Assembly (NCBI GenBank): GCA_963662545.2
Contig: CAXXLL010000002.1
Span: 1,408,001-1,472,000, forward strand
Direction: 5' to 3'
Source of the DNA: Gammaproteobacteria bacterium
GTDB lineage: Bacteria; Pseudomonadota; Gammaproteobacteria; Ga0077536
Length of the DNA stretch: 64,000 bases
The notes beneath the pieces are model-generated. The model was not told the DNA's origin. It was given only the letters and a program-made list of their open reading frames with translations, and did no database searches. Each line of letters begins with the position of its first letter. Position 1 is the first letter of the stretch. This document shows, in pieces, positions 9,971 to 19,633 of the stretch. The translations under genes were made by a program, and so were the position numbers.

Positions 9971-10138
9971 TAAGGAATCTCTGAATAAGTTATGGCACAC
10001 TTGCCTTGCGCTTGAAATCGCGGAGCCTTACGTTACGAATCTTGCCAATAGTCCCCACTATTGCCTGCGATTCGTGCCTTGATCTGCACGATTTCATGCA
10101 CAATTCACCCGCACCATAATTTATTCAGAGCTTCCTTA
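9971..10138. mobile_element. MITE-like repeat, family B, full copy (168 bp)
   Basis: TIRs TAAGGAATCTCTGAATAA / TTATTCAGAGCTTCCTTA in a TTAA context; central hairpin CAATAGT-CCCC-ACTATTG; inverted homologue at 18626-18793. Confidence 0.85.
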
Positions 10139-10260
10139 ACCGATGGCGCTATGTTACCGCGCCACAGCACCTCATTCGGTCCGGCGACGTTGTGTTCGCT
10201 CGCGCGCCCAGTACAATGCCCGCCTTCGTATTGCACTGCCGCAAACGCGGCAATTGTTCG

Positions 10261-11424
10261 ATGGATAAGCCCGCCGCGAAACCAACCAATCCGTGTTTTT
10301 CTTCCGGTCCCTGCCCGAAGCGACCGGGGTGGGAGACGGCTGTTCTCGCGGATGCGCTCGTCGGGCGCTCGCATCGCTCCAAGCCCGGCAAAGCGCGCCT
10401 CAAGCAGGTCATCGATCAGACTCGGGGGATCCTCGAGGTACCGGACGACTACCGCATTGGTATCGTCCCGGGCTCCGATACGGGCGCCGTCGAGATGGCC
10501 CTGTGGAACCTGCTCGGTACGCGCGGCGTCGACGTGTTGGCCTGGGAAAGTTTCGGTCTGGAATGGGTGACGGATGTGATCGACGTCCTGCAGATCGAGG
10601 ATGCGCGAAAGCTGACTGCAGCTTACGGCGAATTACCCGATCTCGAACGAGTCGATTTCGCGCGCGACGCGGTCTTCGTATGGAATGGCACGACCAGTGG
10701 CGTCAAGCTGCCTGACGGAGCGTGGATACCCGACGATCGAGAAGGGCTTACCATTTGCGACGCGACTTCGGCGGCATTCGCCATGCGGCTACCATGGCGC
10801 AAGCTCGATGTCGTCACGTTCTCCTGGCAGAAGGCACTCGGCAGCGAAGCCGCTCACGGCATCATCGTCCTCGGTCCGCGCGCGGTGGATCGCCTGACGA
10901 CCTATCAGCCGCCGCGGCCGCTGCCGAAGCTGTTCAGGTTGGTCAAAAAAGGTAAGCTCGACGAAGGACTCTTCGAAGGCGTAACGATCAACACGCCGTC
11001 CATGTTATGCGTGGCGGATTATCTCGACGCGCTTAGATGGGCTGAAGCGGTCGGCGGACTCGACGCTTTGTGTGCACGATCGCAGCAGAACCTCGAGGTG
11101 ATAGCTGAATGGGTCGAAGCGACACCGTGGATCGATTTTCTGGCCAGTGAGGAGAAGACGCGATCGAACACTTCGATCTGCATGACAATCAGGGCACCCT
11201 GGTTTCTCGCACTCGACAGCGATGAACAGGCCGTCGCAAGCAAGCGGATGTCCACCTTACTCGATGAGGAGGGTGTCGCCTACGACATTAACGGCTATCG
11301 AAACGCGCCGCCCGGCCTGCGTATCTGGGGGGGCGCCACGGTCGAGTCCGAGGATATAGCGAAGCTGATCCCGTGGCTCGAGTGGGCCTATGCGCAGGTC
11401 GCGCCGGAAACCGTGACCGATTGA
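10261..11424 (+). CDS. serC: Phosphoserine aminotransferase (Methanosarcina/alphaproteobacterial type)
   Basis: KPTNPCFSSGPCPKRPGW, GSDTGAVEMALW, WNGTTSGV, TFSWQK (PLP), INTPSML, PPGLRIWGGATVE. ATG 10261 preferred over the ORF-track start at 10192. Confidence 0.92.
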   Translation: MDKPAAKPTNPCFSSGPCPKRPGWETAVLADALVGRSHRSKPGKARLKQVIDQTRGILEVPDDYRIGIVPGSDTGAVEMALWNLLGTRGVDVLAWESFGLEWVTDVIDVLQIEDARKLTAAYGELPDLERVDFARDAVFVWNGTTSGVKLPDGAWIPDDREGLTICDATSAAFAMRLPWRKLDVVTFSWQKALGSEAAHGIIVLGPRAVDRLTTYQPPRPLPKLFRLVKKGKLDEGLFEGVTINTPSMLCVADYLDALRWAEAVGGLDALCARSQQNLEVIAEWVEATPWIDFLASEEKTRSNTSICMTIRAPWFLALDSDEQAVASKRMSTLLDEEGVAYDINGYRNAPPGLRIWGGATVESEDIAKLIPWLEWAYAQVAPETVTD

Positions 11425-11447
11425 ATCCAGCAGCCGGGGCAAGTTTG

Positions 11448-13031
11448 ATGTACAAGGTTTTCGTTGCCGATAAGCTCGCGCCCGAAGGCATCGCTGCGCT
11501 CGAACAGTATGCCGAGATCGCCATTGATTGCCTGACGGGTTTAAGCGTGGAGGAGGCCATCCCGCACGTTCGGGATGCCGACGCGATCATCATTCGCAGC
11601 GCGACGAAAATCCGGGGCGAACTGCTCGACGCCGCAAAGCGGCTCAAAGTCGTTGGTCGCGCCGGCATCGGTGTCGATAATATTGACCTTGATGCGACGA
11701 CGGAGCGCGGCATTGTCGTATTGAATACCCCGGATGCCAACGCGACCACGACGGCGGAACTTGCGATCGCTCACATGTTCTCCTTGAGCCGCAACTTGAC
11801 CGCCGCCGATCAATCGGTTCGCTGCGGCAAGTGGGAGAGGAATAATTTCCTTGGCACCGAGTTGTCCGACAAGACGGTCGGCATCGTCGGCTTCGGCACC
11901 ATAGGACGCCTGGTCGCGGATCGATGCCGCGGCTTGAAAATGCGCGTCGTGGGATTTGATCCATTTGTCACAGAAGATACCTTCGTTGAACGCGGCGTCG
12001 AAAAGATGGATATCGACGCGTTGATCGCAGCGTCCGACTATGTGACCTTGCACTGCCCCGTCACTGACGAGACCCGCGGCTTGGTCTCCAGCGAGCGCCT
12101 GAAGTCAATGAGACCGGGCGCGCGGTTGATCAATTGCGCGCGCGGCGGACTGGTCGACGAGCAGGCGCTGATCGAAGCCGTGAAATCAGGACATCTCGCA
12201 GGCGCGGCTCTGGACGTTTTCGAACACGAACCCCCCGGGGAATCACCGCTTTTCGCGCAGACCAACATTCAGTTCACGCCGCATCTGGGTGCGTCCACGC
12301 TCGAAGCGCAAACGGCCGTCGGCGTCGAGATCGCCCACCAGGTCGCCGCGTTTCTGCTGCGTGGTGAAGTTGTTAACGCCGTCAACGTGCCGAGTATTGC
12401 GCCTGAGAAGCTACGCAGACTCGAGCCTTACATGGAACTTTCGCGCAAGCTCGGCCGCCTGCTTTGCCGGATGGCCGAAGCGCCATTCACATCAGCGGAA
12501 ATCGGCGTTTACGGCGAGGCGGCGAAACTCGATACCCACCCGATCGCGAGCGCTGCCATGGTCGGCCTGCTGTGCGAACACCATGCCGTGCCGGTTAACC
12601 AGGTCAACGCCATACACCTGGCCCGCCGCCAGGGGATCCACGTGGTCGAAGTGAGTTCGGCTGACTCCAGGGATTATGTCTCCTTGATCCGCATTACCGG
12701 TATTACGGAGCAGGGTGAATTGTCCCTGGAAGGCGCGATATTCGACGAACGTCACCCGCGCTTGTTGCGGATCAACGATTACGCCATCGAATCGACATTG
12801 GAAGGCCACGTTCTGTTCACGCGGCATGTCGACCGACCGGGGGTGATCGGCGCATTGGGTGAATTGCTCGGCCGCGAAGGCATCAATATCTCGCGCATGC
12901 AGGTCGGGATCGCAGACGGCGGCAACCGCGCCATCGCTCTGATCGGCATCTCGCGACCGCTGACCGAGGCAACCCTCGATGCGGTGAGAAAAATCGATGC
13001 CGTGGAGAAAGCGCTGCAGATCGAATTCTAG
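11448..13031 (+). CDS. serA: D-3-phosphoglycerate dehydrogenase (long form with ASB and ACT domains)
   Basis: GRAGIGVDNID, GFGTIG, INCARGG, TPHLGAST.EAQ, C-terminal DRPGVIG ACT domain; follows serC. Confidence 0.95.
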   Translation: MYKVFVADKLAPEGIAALEQYAEIAIDCLTGLSVEEAIPHVRDADAIIIRSATKIRGELLDAAKRLKVVGRAGIGVDNIDLDATTERGIVVLNTPDANATTTAELAIAHMFSLSRNLTAADQSVRCGKWERNNFLGTELSDKTVGIVGFGTIGRLVADRCRGLKMRVVGFDPFVTEDTFVERGVEKMDIDALIAASDYVTLHCPVTDETRGLVSSERLKSMRPGARLINCARGGLVDEQALIEAVKSGHLAGAALDVFEHEPPGESPLFAQTNIQFTPHLGASTLEAQTAVGVEIAHQVAAFLLRGEVVNAVNVPSIAPEKLRRLEPYMELSRKLGRLLCRMAEAPFTSAEIGVYGEAAKLDTHPIASAAMVGLLCEHHAVPVNQVNAIHLARRQGIHVVEVSSADSRDYVSLIRITGITEQGELSLEGAIFDERHPRLLRINDYAIESTLEGHVLFTRHVDRPGVIGALGELLGREGINISRMQVGIADGGNRAIALIGISRPLTEATLDAVRKIDAVEKALQIEF

Positions 13032-13046
13032 TGCAGCCACACGTGC

Positions 13047-13251
13047 TGTAAAAAACGTTGACAGCAGAATACACATTTCTTTTTTCATATAGTTTATTGA
13101 AACTTATGAGAATTTAACCGCGAGTAAACAATCATCCGTGATGGATGCCCGAAAACTGTCTAGTATTCTTTACAAATGGCAAGATACAACTTGTAACGAA
13201 TCCACTAAGTCTCTGAATTTAAAAGATTCTTATAAATGGCTCGATAATTGC
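13047..13251 (+). promoter_or_regulatory. sigma54 promoter with upstream enhancer boxes (PEP-CTERM regulon type)
   Basis: TGGC-N7-TTGC at 13237-13251; TGT-N11-ACA at 13047-13063 and TGT-N12-ACA at 13157-13174; AT-rich spacer. Confidence 0.8.
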
Positions 13252-13289
13252 TCTAAATCGGCCAGCCCGGCGATTTCCGCGAGACAGCG

Positions 13290-14057
13290 ATGACGAATAC
13301 GACGAATCACCTCCCAACGATCTGCGCGATACTACTGCTCGTGACCGGGCCGGTAGCGGCGGTCCCTACGCTGCAACTCGATATCGACAGCCCGAGCACG
13401 TTTTACCTCACGGGCACCGAAACCATCGTGACGGTGAACCAGGGTTTTACCCTACGCGCGCTCGGAAAAGTATCTGACGTCGATGGTTTCAGCGATCCGA
13501 TGTTTTATCTATCGATCGCCTTGACGCCGGCCCAGGCAGAGCAGCCCGCGCCGAACTTCGGCAGTTTCACGATTGCCGGAACCACCGTCAGCCAAACGGA
13601 TATGATCTTCGGCGTGCCGCCGATGGACGACGCCTTGCTGGGGCTCGGTGCGGATCCTGATGGCGGCGATCTGTCACGTCACGGCATTTTTGAAACCTGG
13701 TTCGCCGAAATCGCTTTCACGTTTGGTGGCACCACGATCGGCAGCTACAACTCGCAGGACGACCCGGGTCTGAACCCGCTGCCGGCGGGTAACGACCTCT
13801 ACATCGAGGAGTTTTTACTGGATACGGCGGGGCTTGCCGCAGGTTTCGGTCTGCATTTCGATCTCTATAACATCGAAACGAAGCTCTGGCAAAGTCAGTT
13901 GGATATCGACGTCAACAAATTCGCTCCTTTCTCACACGACGCCGAGATGATCCCTGTGCCTCCGCAACCGCCTAACACCGGCGTCCCCGAGCCGATGACG
14001 CCGTTGCTGATACTGTCGGGAATAATGTTCCTGCGCCGCGCCAGGCGTAACCACTGA
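13290..14057 (+). CDS. PEP-CTERM protein with a choice-of-anchor N-like domain
   Basis: Signal peptide then VPTLQLDI; FAPFSHDAE near the end; C-terminal VPEP, hydrophobic helix and RRARR. Confidence 0.85.
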   Translation: MTNTTNHLPTICAILLLVTGPVAAVPTLQLDIDSPSTFYLTGTETIVTVNQGFTLRALGKVSDVDGFSDPMFYLSIALTPAQAEQPAPNFGSFTIAGTTVSQTDMIFGVPPMDDALLGLGADPDGGDLSRHGIFETWFAEIAFTFGGTTIGSYNSQDDPGLNPLPAGNDLYIEEFLLDTAGLAAGFGLHFDLYNIETKLWQSQLDIDVNKFAPFSHDAEMIPVPPQPPNTGVPEPMTPLLILSGIMFLRRARRNH

Positions 14058-14121
14058 CGCCCGCCGGGGATTGCGCGTAAATTAAAGTGATGCGCGCTGA
14101 CAATGTGCTCGAGCGCAATCC

Positions 14122-15729
14122 TTAGAACCTGAAAATTCCATACCCTGGCTCGTTCAATGGCGCATTCAGTGACGCGCTGATCGCGATACCGAGCGCATTG
14201 CGCGTATCCACGGGATCGAGTATCCCGTCGTCCCATAACTCCGAAGTCGCGTAGTAGGCCGACATCTGGTGTTGATACGCTTCGAGTGTTTCGTGATAGA
14301 CGGCGTCCAAGGCACTTTGCTCGATTTTTTCACCGCGCCGCTCGAGCTGGCGCTGCTTGACATCGGCCAGGGTTTTCGCCGCCTGCTCGCCGCCCATGAT
14401 GCCAATCTGGTGGTTAGGCCAGGAAAAGAGAAAACGTCCGTCGTAGGCGCGACCGCACATGCCGTAATTACCGGCGCCGAAGGAGCCGTGGCACATGACC
14501 GTGAATTTGGGGACGTGTGACCCTACCTGTGCCATGATCATCTTGGCGCCGTCCTTCGTGATCCCTTTCGCCTCGTATTCGCGTCCTACCATGTAGCCCG
14601 TGATGTTCTGCAGGAACACGAGGGGCGTGTTGTTCTGGTTGCACAACTCGATGAAATGCGCGCCCTTCAGCGCGCTGTCATTGAACAGCACCCCGTTGTT
14701 GGCGAGGATGCCGACCTTGAAACCCCAGACGTTGGCGTAGCCGCACACGAGCGTCGTGCCATAGGCCGGCTGGTATTCGTGAAATCGGCTGCCGTCGACG
14801 ATTCGAGCGATAACCTCCCGCATTTCGAATGCTCTTTTGATGTCATCCGGGATGATCCCATAGAGTTCATCGGGATCGTAATAAGGCTCCTCCACCGGAT
14901 CCTGCTGCAGCGGCCATTTCGTGGTGTGCTCCCACTGCCCGATGATCTCGCGGCCGATCGCGATGGCTTCTTCTTCGGAATTCGCCGGATAGTCGCAGGT
15001 GCCGCTGATCTGAGTATGCAGATCTGCGCCTCCCAGCTCATCAGCGGTCACGACCTCGCCGGTCGCCGCTTTCACCAGGGGCGGCCCCGCAAGAAACACG
15101 GCGCCCGTGCCGCGTACGATGACCGAATAATCGGACAAGGCCGGGATGTAGGCGCCGCCGGCGGTGCCGTGACCGAATACCAGGGCCAGTTGCTTAACGC
15201 CGAGCTTCGACAACACGCACTGGTTGCGAAACATCCGCCCGGCCATGTGCTTGTCGGGAAACAGTTCCGATTGCATCGGCAGAAAGCCGCCGGCACTGTC
15301 GCACAGATGCACGACCGGCAGCCGATTCTCGATAGCGATGTCGAGGCAGCGCACGATCTTTTTTACCGTCAACGGATACCACGCACCGCCCTTGATGCTG
15401 GAATCATTGGCGTGAAGAATAAGCTCGCGCCCGTTGACCATGCCGATGCCCGTGATGCAACTTGCGCCCGGTGCGTCGCCACCGTAAGCCATGTTCGCCG
15501 CAAGGGTTGAAAATTCAAGAAACGGCGTGCCGGGATCGAGAAGCTTGTCGATGCGTTCGCGCGGCATCCACTTGCCGTGACCGGCGAGCCGATCGATGTC
15601 CTTTTGCGGTCGATCGTACCGCGCCGCGCGCTGCTTCTCGTGCAACTCTTCCGCAAGTTTTTTGTTATGTGCGTAGAAGCGTCGGAATTCCGCCGAACCG
15701 GTTTGAATGCTGGAGCGAATACGCGCCAT
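14122..15729 (-). CDS. Acyl-CoA carboxylase carboxyltransferase subunit (MCC/geranyl-CoA type)
   Basis: RERIDKLLDPGTPFLE, AGGAYIPA, FLAGPPLVKAATGE, GSFGAGNYGMCGRAY, C-terminal YGIFRF. Confidence 0.92.
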   Translation of the reverse strand: MARIRSSIQTGSAEFRRFYAHNKKLAEELHEKQRAARYDRPQKDIDRLAGHGKWMPRERIDKLLDPGTPFLEFSTLAANMAYGGDAPGASCITGIGMVNGRELILHANDSSIKGGAWYPLTVKKIVRCLDIAIENRLPVVHLCDSAGGFLPMQSELFPDKHMAGRMFRNQCVLSKLGVKQLALVFGHGTAGGAYIPALSDYSVIVRGTGAVFLAGPPLVKAATGEVVTADELGGADLHTQISGTCDYPANSEEEAIAIGREIIGQWEHTTKWPLQQDPVEEPYYDPDELYGIIPDDIKRAFEMREVIARIVDGSRFHEYQPAYGTTLVCGYANVWGFKVGILANNGVLFNDSALKGAHFIELCNQNNTPLVFLQNITGYMVGREYEAKGITKDGAKMIMAQVGSHVPKFTVMCHGSFGAGNYGMCGRAYDGRFLFSWPNHQIGIMGGEQAAKTLADVKQRQLERRGEKIEQSALDAVYHETLEAYQHQMSAYYATSELWDDGILDPVDTRNALGIAISASLNAPLNEPGYGIFRF

Positions 15730-16229
15730 CAGCTTTCCGCGTGCATGGATATCAGCTCCGTGCCTTTCTCGAAGCTCTCATTGATGCCGACGTGCACGGT
15801 TTCGATAATGCCGTCGCGGTGAGCAACGATGTTGACCTGCATTTTCATCGATTCGATGACCATCAAGATGTCACCGCTCGACACATTACCGCCCTCTTCG
15901 CAATGTACGGTGACGACGACGCCTGGCACGTCGGCACGTAAAATATCGTCGCCCCCAGCATGATGCTGGGCCGCGAGGATGGCGTCTTCATAGCCGACCG
16001 AAAATGTCCGCGCGCCCATGCGAAGGTGGATGCGGTCGCCTTCCCAGGTGCGCCATATCTGGTAATTGCGGCCGTCCACGGTCAGTGATACGCGGTTTTC
16101 ATCCGGGGCGGGCGCCTGCGATACTTTGTAAGCTAATCCGTCGATGCTCAAACTCAGATCCGGCCGGCGCGCGAGGATGCTGATCTCGTGATCTTCGCCA
16201 TCGAGGGTAAATGTAAAGCTCATCGCCAT
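15729..16229 (-). CDS. Biotin carboxyl carrier subunit
   Basis: Biotinyl-lysine motif IESMKMQ in a C-terminal biotinyl domain; coupled to the neighbouring genes. Confidence 0.9.
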   Translation of the reverse strand: MAMSFTFTLDGEDHEISILARRPDLSLSIDGLAYKVSQAPAPDENRVSLTVDGRNYQIWRTWEGDRIHLRMGARTFSVGYEDAILAAQHHAGGDDILRADVPGVVVTVHCEEGGNVSSGDILMVIESMKMQVNIVAHRDGIIETVHVGINESFEKGTELISMHAES

Positions 16230-16232
16230 CGT

Positions 16233-17705
16233 TCAGTTCCGCCAGGCGCTCATGGATGCATAGGGTTCCGGGGTGTCGTATACCAGCTTGTGGAATTCGT
16301 CGACGGCCAGCGCGGCCGCGATCAATACGGCGGCGCGATCGGCCTCATCAAGTGGGGCGGGCGACAGCGAGGTCGCGTGTTCCTCGACGAACCCGGTGTG
16401 CAATTCCCCCGCCCGAAACGCGGGGTGTTGGAGGATCGACCCCAGATAGTCGACGTTGGTGCTGACGCCGAGCAGGATGAGATCGTCCAGTGCCCTCAGA
16501 CTCGCATCGATCGCATCCTCGCGATCCTTGCCTTTGCATACCAGCTTGCCAACCATGGAATCGAACGCGGCTGTGATCACCTGGCCTTCGCTTATGCCGC
16601 CGTCGAAGCGGGCGCTTTCAGCATCGGGTAAACGGAGGATTTGGGCCGTGCCGGTGGCAGGGTGAAAATCATTCTGCGGTTCTTCGCAGCAGATGCGGCA
16701 CTCGATTGCATGCCCCGACTGTCTAATGTCCCCCTGTTGCCAGGGCAGCCCCTCGGCAGCCGCGATACGGAGCTGCGCTTCGACGAGATCGACGCCGCAG
16801 ACGATTTCGGTGACGGGGTGCTCTACCTGTAGCCGCGTGTTCATTTCAAGAAAATAAAATTCGCCATCGGGTGCGAGAATGAATTCCACAGTGCCCGCGT
16901 TACGGTATTTGGAGTTGACCGCCAAATCGACCGCCGCAGCGCAGATACGATCGCGCAGTTCGCGATCCAGCGCCGCCGCCGGGGATTCTTCGATGATTTT
17001 CTGAAAACGACGTTGTACAGAGCACTCGCGCTCGAAAAGATGGATGACTGCGCCATTACCGTCGCCCAGTACCTGCACTTCGATGTGGCGGGGACGTTCG
17101 ACATAGCGTTCGGCGTATATCCGCCCGTCGGCGAAATACCGCTCGGCCTCACCTGTTGCGATGCGGGCGCGTTCGGCGAACTCATTCGCGCTGCGCACGA
17201 TACTCATGCCCTTGCCGCCACCGCCGGCCGCCGCCTTGATCAACAGCGGGAAGCCAATCTGCGTCGCGGCGACGACGAAGGCATCGAGGTCGTCGTCTTG
17301 TTGCACGCTCGGCGCGACCGGCACCCCCAATTTTTCGGCGAATTCCCGCGAACGTATCTTGTCGCCCATCAGACGAATCACATCCGGTTGTGGCCCGACG
17401 AAGGTGAGACCCGCGCCTTCCACCGCTTCTGCGAAGGCGGCATTTTCAGCCAGAAAGCCGTACCCCGGATGAATGCACTGGGCGTCAGCGGCTTTTGCGA
17501 TGCCGATGATTTGCTCGATGTCGAGGTAGGCGGCGATCGGCACTTCCGCCTGCAATAAATGCGCTTCGTCGGCCATTGCGACGTGGGGTGCGTTTCGATC
17601 TTCGTGATGGAACACTGCGATGGTACGCAGGCCGAGAGCGCGCGCGGTGCGTTCGACGCGGCAGGCTATTTCGCCGCGGTTGGCAATCAGGACGCTAGCA
17701 AACAT
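16233..17705 (-). CDS. Biotin carboxylase subunit
   Basis: LIANRGEIA, IHPGYGFLAEN, GGGGKGM, ERECSVQRRFQK, FLEMNTRLQVEHPVTE. Confidence 0.95.
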   Translation of the reverse strand: MFASVLIANRGEIACRVERTARALGLRTIAVFHHEDRNAPHVAMADEAHLLQAEVPIAAYLDIEQIIGIAKAADAQCIHPGYGFLAENAAFAEAVEGAGLTFVGPQPDVIRLMGDKIRSREFAEKLGVPVAPSVQQDDDLDAFVVAATQIGFPLLIKAAAGGGGKGMSIVRSANEFAERARIATGEAERYFADGRIYAERYVERPRHIEVQVLGDGNGAVIHLFERECSVQRRFQKIIEESPAAALDRELRDRICAAAVDLAVNSKYRNAGTVEFILAPDGEFYFLEMNTRLQVEHPVTEIVCGVDLVEAQLRIAAAEGLPWQQGDIRQSGHAIECRICCEEPQNDFHPATGTAQILRLPDAESARFDGGISEGQVITAAFDSMVGKLVCKGKDREDAIDASLRALDDLILLGVSTNVDYLGSILQHPAFRAGELHTGFVEEHATSLSPAPLDEADRAAVLIAAALAVDEFHKLVYDTPEPYASMSAWRN

Positions 17706-17716
17706 GGGTGTTGGGC

Positions 17717-17882
17717 TAGCAGCCTGTCGGACTTAGGGAATCGTAGCGAGGCGGTTGGGAGAGCGAGTCCAGATGTGTCATGGTTTGAGGCGAATAGTGG
17801 GGCTATTTAACGAAAACCATGGCGCATCTGGACCGCTAACCCAACGACGCAGTAGATTCTTCCTAAGTCTGACAGGCTGCTA
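17717..17882. mobile_element. MITE-like long hairpin, family C (166 bp)
   Basis: TIRs TAGCAGCCTGTCGGACTTAGG / CCTAAGTCTGACAGGCTGCTA in a CTAG context. The whole element folds as one interrupted stem with apex AATAG-TGGGG-CTATT. Confidence 0.85.
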
Positions 17883-18157
17883 GGGTTTCTTCTGTGCCGG
17901 TACGGTGCTGCCGGCGCTCGGTGTCTAGTATACCGCCTTTGCCGGTGCGGGCGGCCGGCCGAACAACGGCGGTGACGTTGAGCCAAAACGTAGCTTAGTG
18001 GCTCTGCGCGCCCGACGCCCGTCCGATGCGATCAACTCGTTCGCCCCGCGGGGCGGGGATTTCAGGGGTCCTCACGCGTCGTAGCTGGATCGATATCCCC
18101 ACGGTGTACTAAAGTTGTGATAAGCAGGAATTCTTGTCCGTTGGTCAGGAGGTGTGT

Positions 18158-18595
18158 ATGCAAACCGCGAAACAGTTACTCGAAGGTAAGGGCCGACAGG
18201 TATGGTCCGTTCATTCCGATGCGACGGTCTACGATGCGCTGCAGCTGATGGCCCAAAAGGAGATCGGTGCGCTCGTCGTAATCGACGACGGTAAAATGGT
18301 CGGATTGGTTAGTGAACGCGATTATGCACGTAAAGTAATACTTCAGGGGCGCTCTTCTCGTGACACGACAGTCGCCGAGATCATGTCCACGACGGTACTG
18401 CACATAGCGCCGGAGCAGACGGTCAACGACTGCATGGCGTTGATGACGGACAAAAAAATCCGCCACCTACCGGTGCTTGTAAACGATCAGATCATTGGGA
18501 TATTGTCGATAGGTGATCTGGTAAAAGCGATTATCGCCGAGCAGGAATTCGTTATTGATCAATTGGAGCACTACATCAGCGGATCGCCGGCGTAG
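18158..18595 (+). CDS. CBS-domain pair protein
   Basis: IGALVV, GLVSERDYARKV, IRHLPV, GILSIGDLVK; RBS AGGAGG upstream of ATG 18158. Confidence 0.92.
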   Translation: MQTAKQLLEGKGRQVWSVHSDATVYDALQLMAQKEIGALVVIDDGKMVGLVSERDYARKVILQGRSSRDTTVAEIMSTTVLHIAPEQTVNDCMALMTDKKIRHLPVLVNDQIIGILSIGDLVKAIIAEQEFVIDQLEHYISGSPA

Positions 18596-18625
18596 TATTA
18601 CCGCGGCACGGTCGGTTTAAAAAAT

Positions 18626-18793
18626 AAAGGAACCTCTGAATAAGTCAGGGCGCGTCATGAATTATTCATAAGATTGTGCAGATCAAGGCACGAATCGCAG
18701 GCCATAGCGGGGACTAGGGCTAAGGTTCGTAACGTAAGGCTCCGCGATTTCATGGGCAAGGCAGATGTGCCATGACTTATTCAGAGGTTCCTA
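18626..18793. mobile_element. MITE-like repeat, family B, full copy in the opposite orientation
   Basis: AAGGAACCTCTGAATAAGTCA...TGACTTATTCAGAGGTTCCTA; interior is the reverse complement of 9971-10138 (shared GTGCAGATCAAGGCACGAATCGCAGGC and CGTAACGTAAGGCTCCGCGATTTCA). Confidence 0.85.
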
Positions 18794-18804
18794 AAACGGA
18801 AAGC

Positions 18805-19599
18805 ATGATGGAAGTGTCGCGCGCAGCGCTGCTGCTAGTCGTTTTTTCATGGGCGGTTCCGAGCACCGTCCCGGCCGAGATCCAGGAAGAGATCCTTGCC
18901 TATGAACACGGTGGAACGTCGCTCGAAGGCGTCATTTTTTACAACGACGCAACGACTGGCGAACGCCCAGGTGTGCTCGTCGTACACGAGTGGTGGGGCC
19001 TCAACGATTATGCCAAACGGCGCGCAAGGCAACTTGCGGAATTGGGCTACGCGGCGTTTGCCGTTGACATGTACGGTAAAGGCAAGGTCACCACACATCC
19101 TGAGCAGGCGGGCGAGTGGGTCGGGATCATTACAGCAAACACGGAGCGCTGGCAAAAACGCGCGGTGATAGCGCATGAGCTGTTGAAAGCCCACCCACGC
19201 GTCGACGCCGGTAAAACCGCGGCTATTGGCTATTGTTTCGGCGGTGCGTCGGTCATGCAACTCGCCTACAGCGGTAGTGACGTCTTAGGCGTCGTCAGTT
19301 TTCACGGCTCGTTGCCGGTGCCGACCCCGGCTGAGGCATCGGCTATAACTGCGCGCATTATGGTGCAGCACGGGGCAGCTGATTCATTCGTTCGCGCGGA
19401 GCGGGTTGCCGATTTTCAGGCCGCGCTAGATAGCGCAGGGGTGGATTGGCAGATGACTTATCACGCCGGCGCAAGGCACTCATTCACCAATCCGGCCGCG
19501 GATGCCGCGGGAATGGACGGACTTCGCTACGATGCGAAGGCCGACCGCAGGTCCTGGGCAGCGATGCGAACATTTTTCTCCGAATTGTTCGAATCTTGA
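18805..19599 (+). CDS. Dienelactone hydrolase family protein (exported)
   Basis: VHEWWGLN, GYCFGG nucleophile elbow, HGAAD, HSFTNP. The ORF-track start at 18772 lies inside the MITE. Confidence 0.9.
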   Translation: MMEVSRAALLLVVFSWAVPSTVPAEIQEEILAYEHGGTSLEGVIFYNDATTGERPGVLVVHEWWGLNDYAKRRARQLAELGYAAFAVDMYGKGKVTTHPEQAGEWVGIITANTERWQKRAVIAHELLKAHPRVDAGKTAAIGYCFGGASVMQLAYSGSDVLGVVSFHGSLPVPTPAEASAITARIMVQHGAADSFVRAERVADFQAALDSAGVDWQMTYHAGARHSFTNPAADAAGMDGLRYDAKADRRSWAAMRTFFSELFES

Positions 19600-19633
19600 A
19601 CGCTTGACGCGTACCACGTCGCCGGTCACCCGC

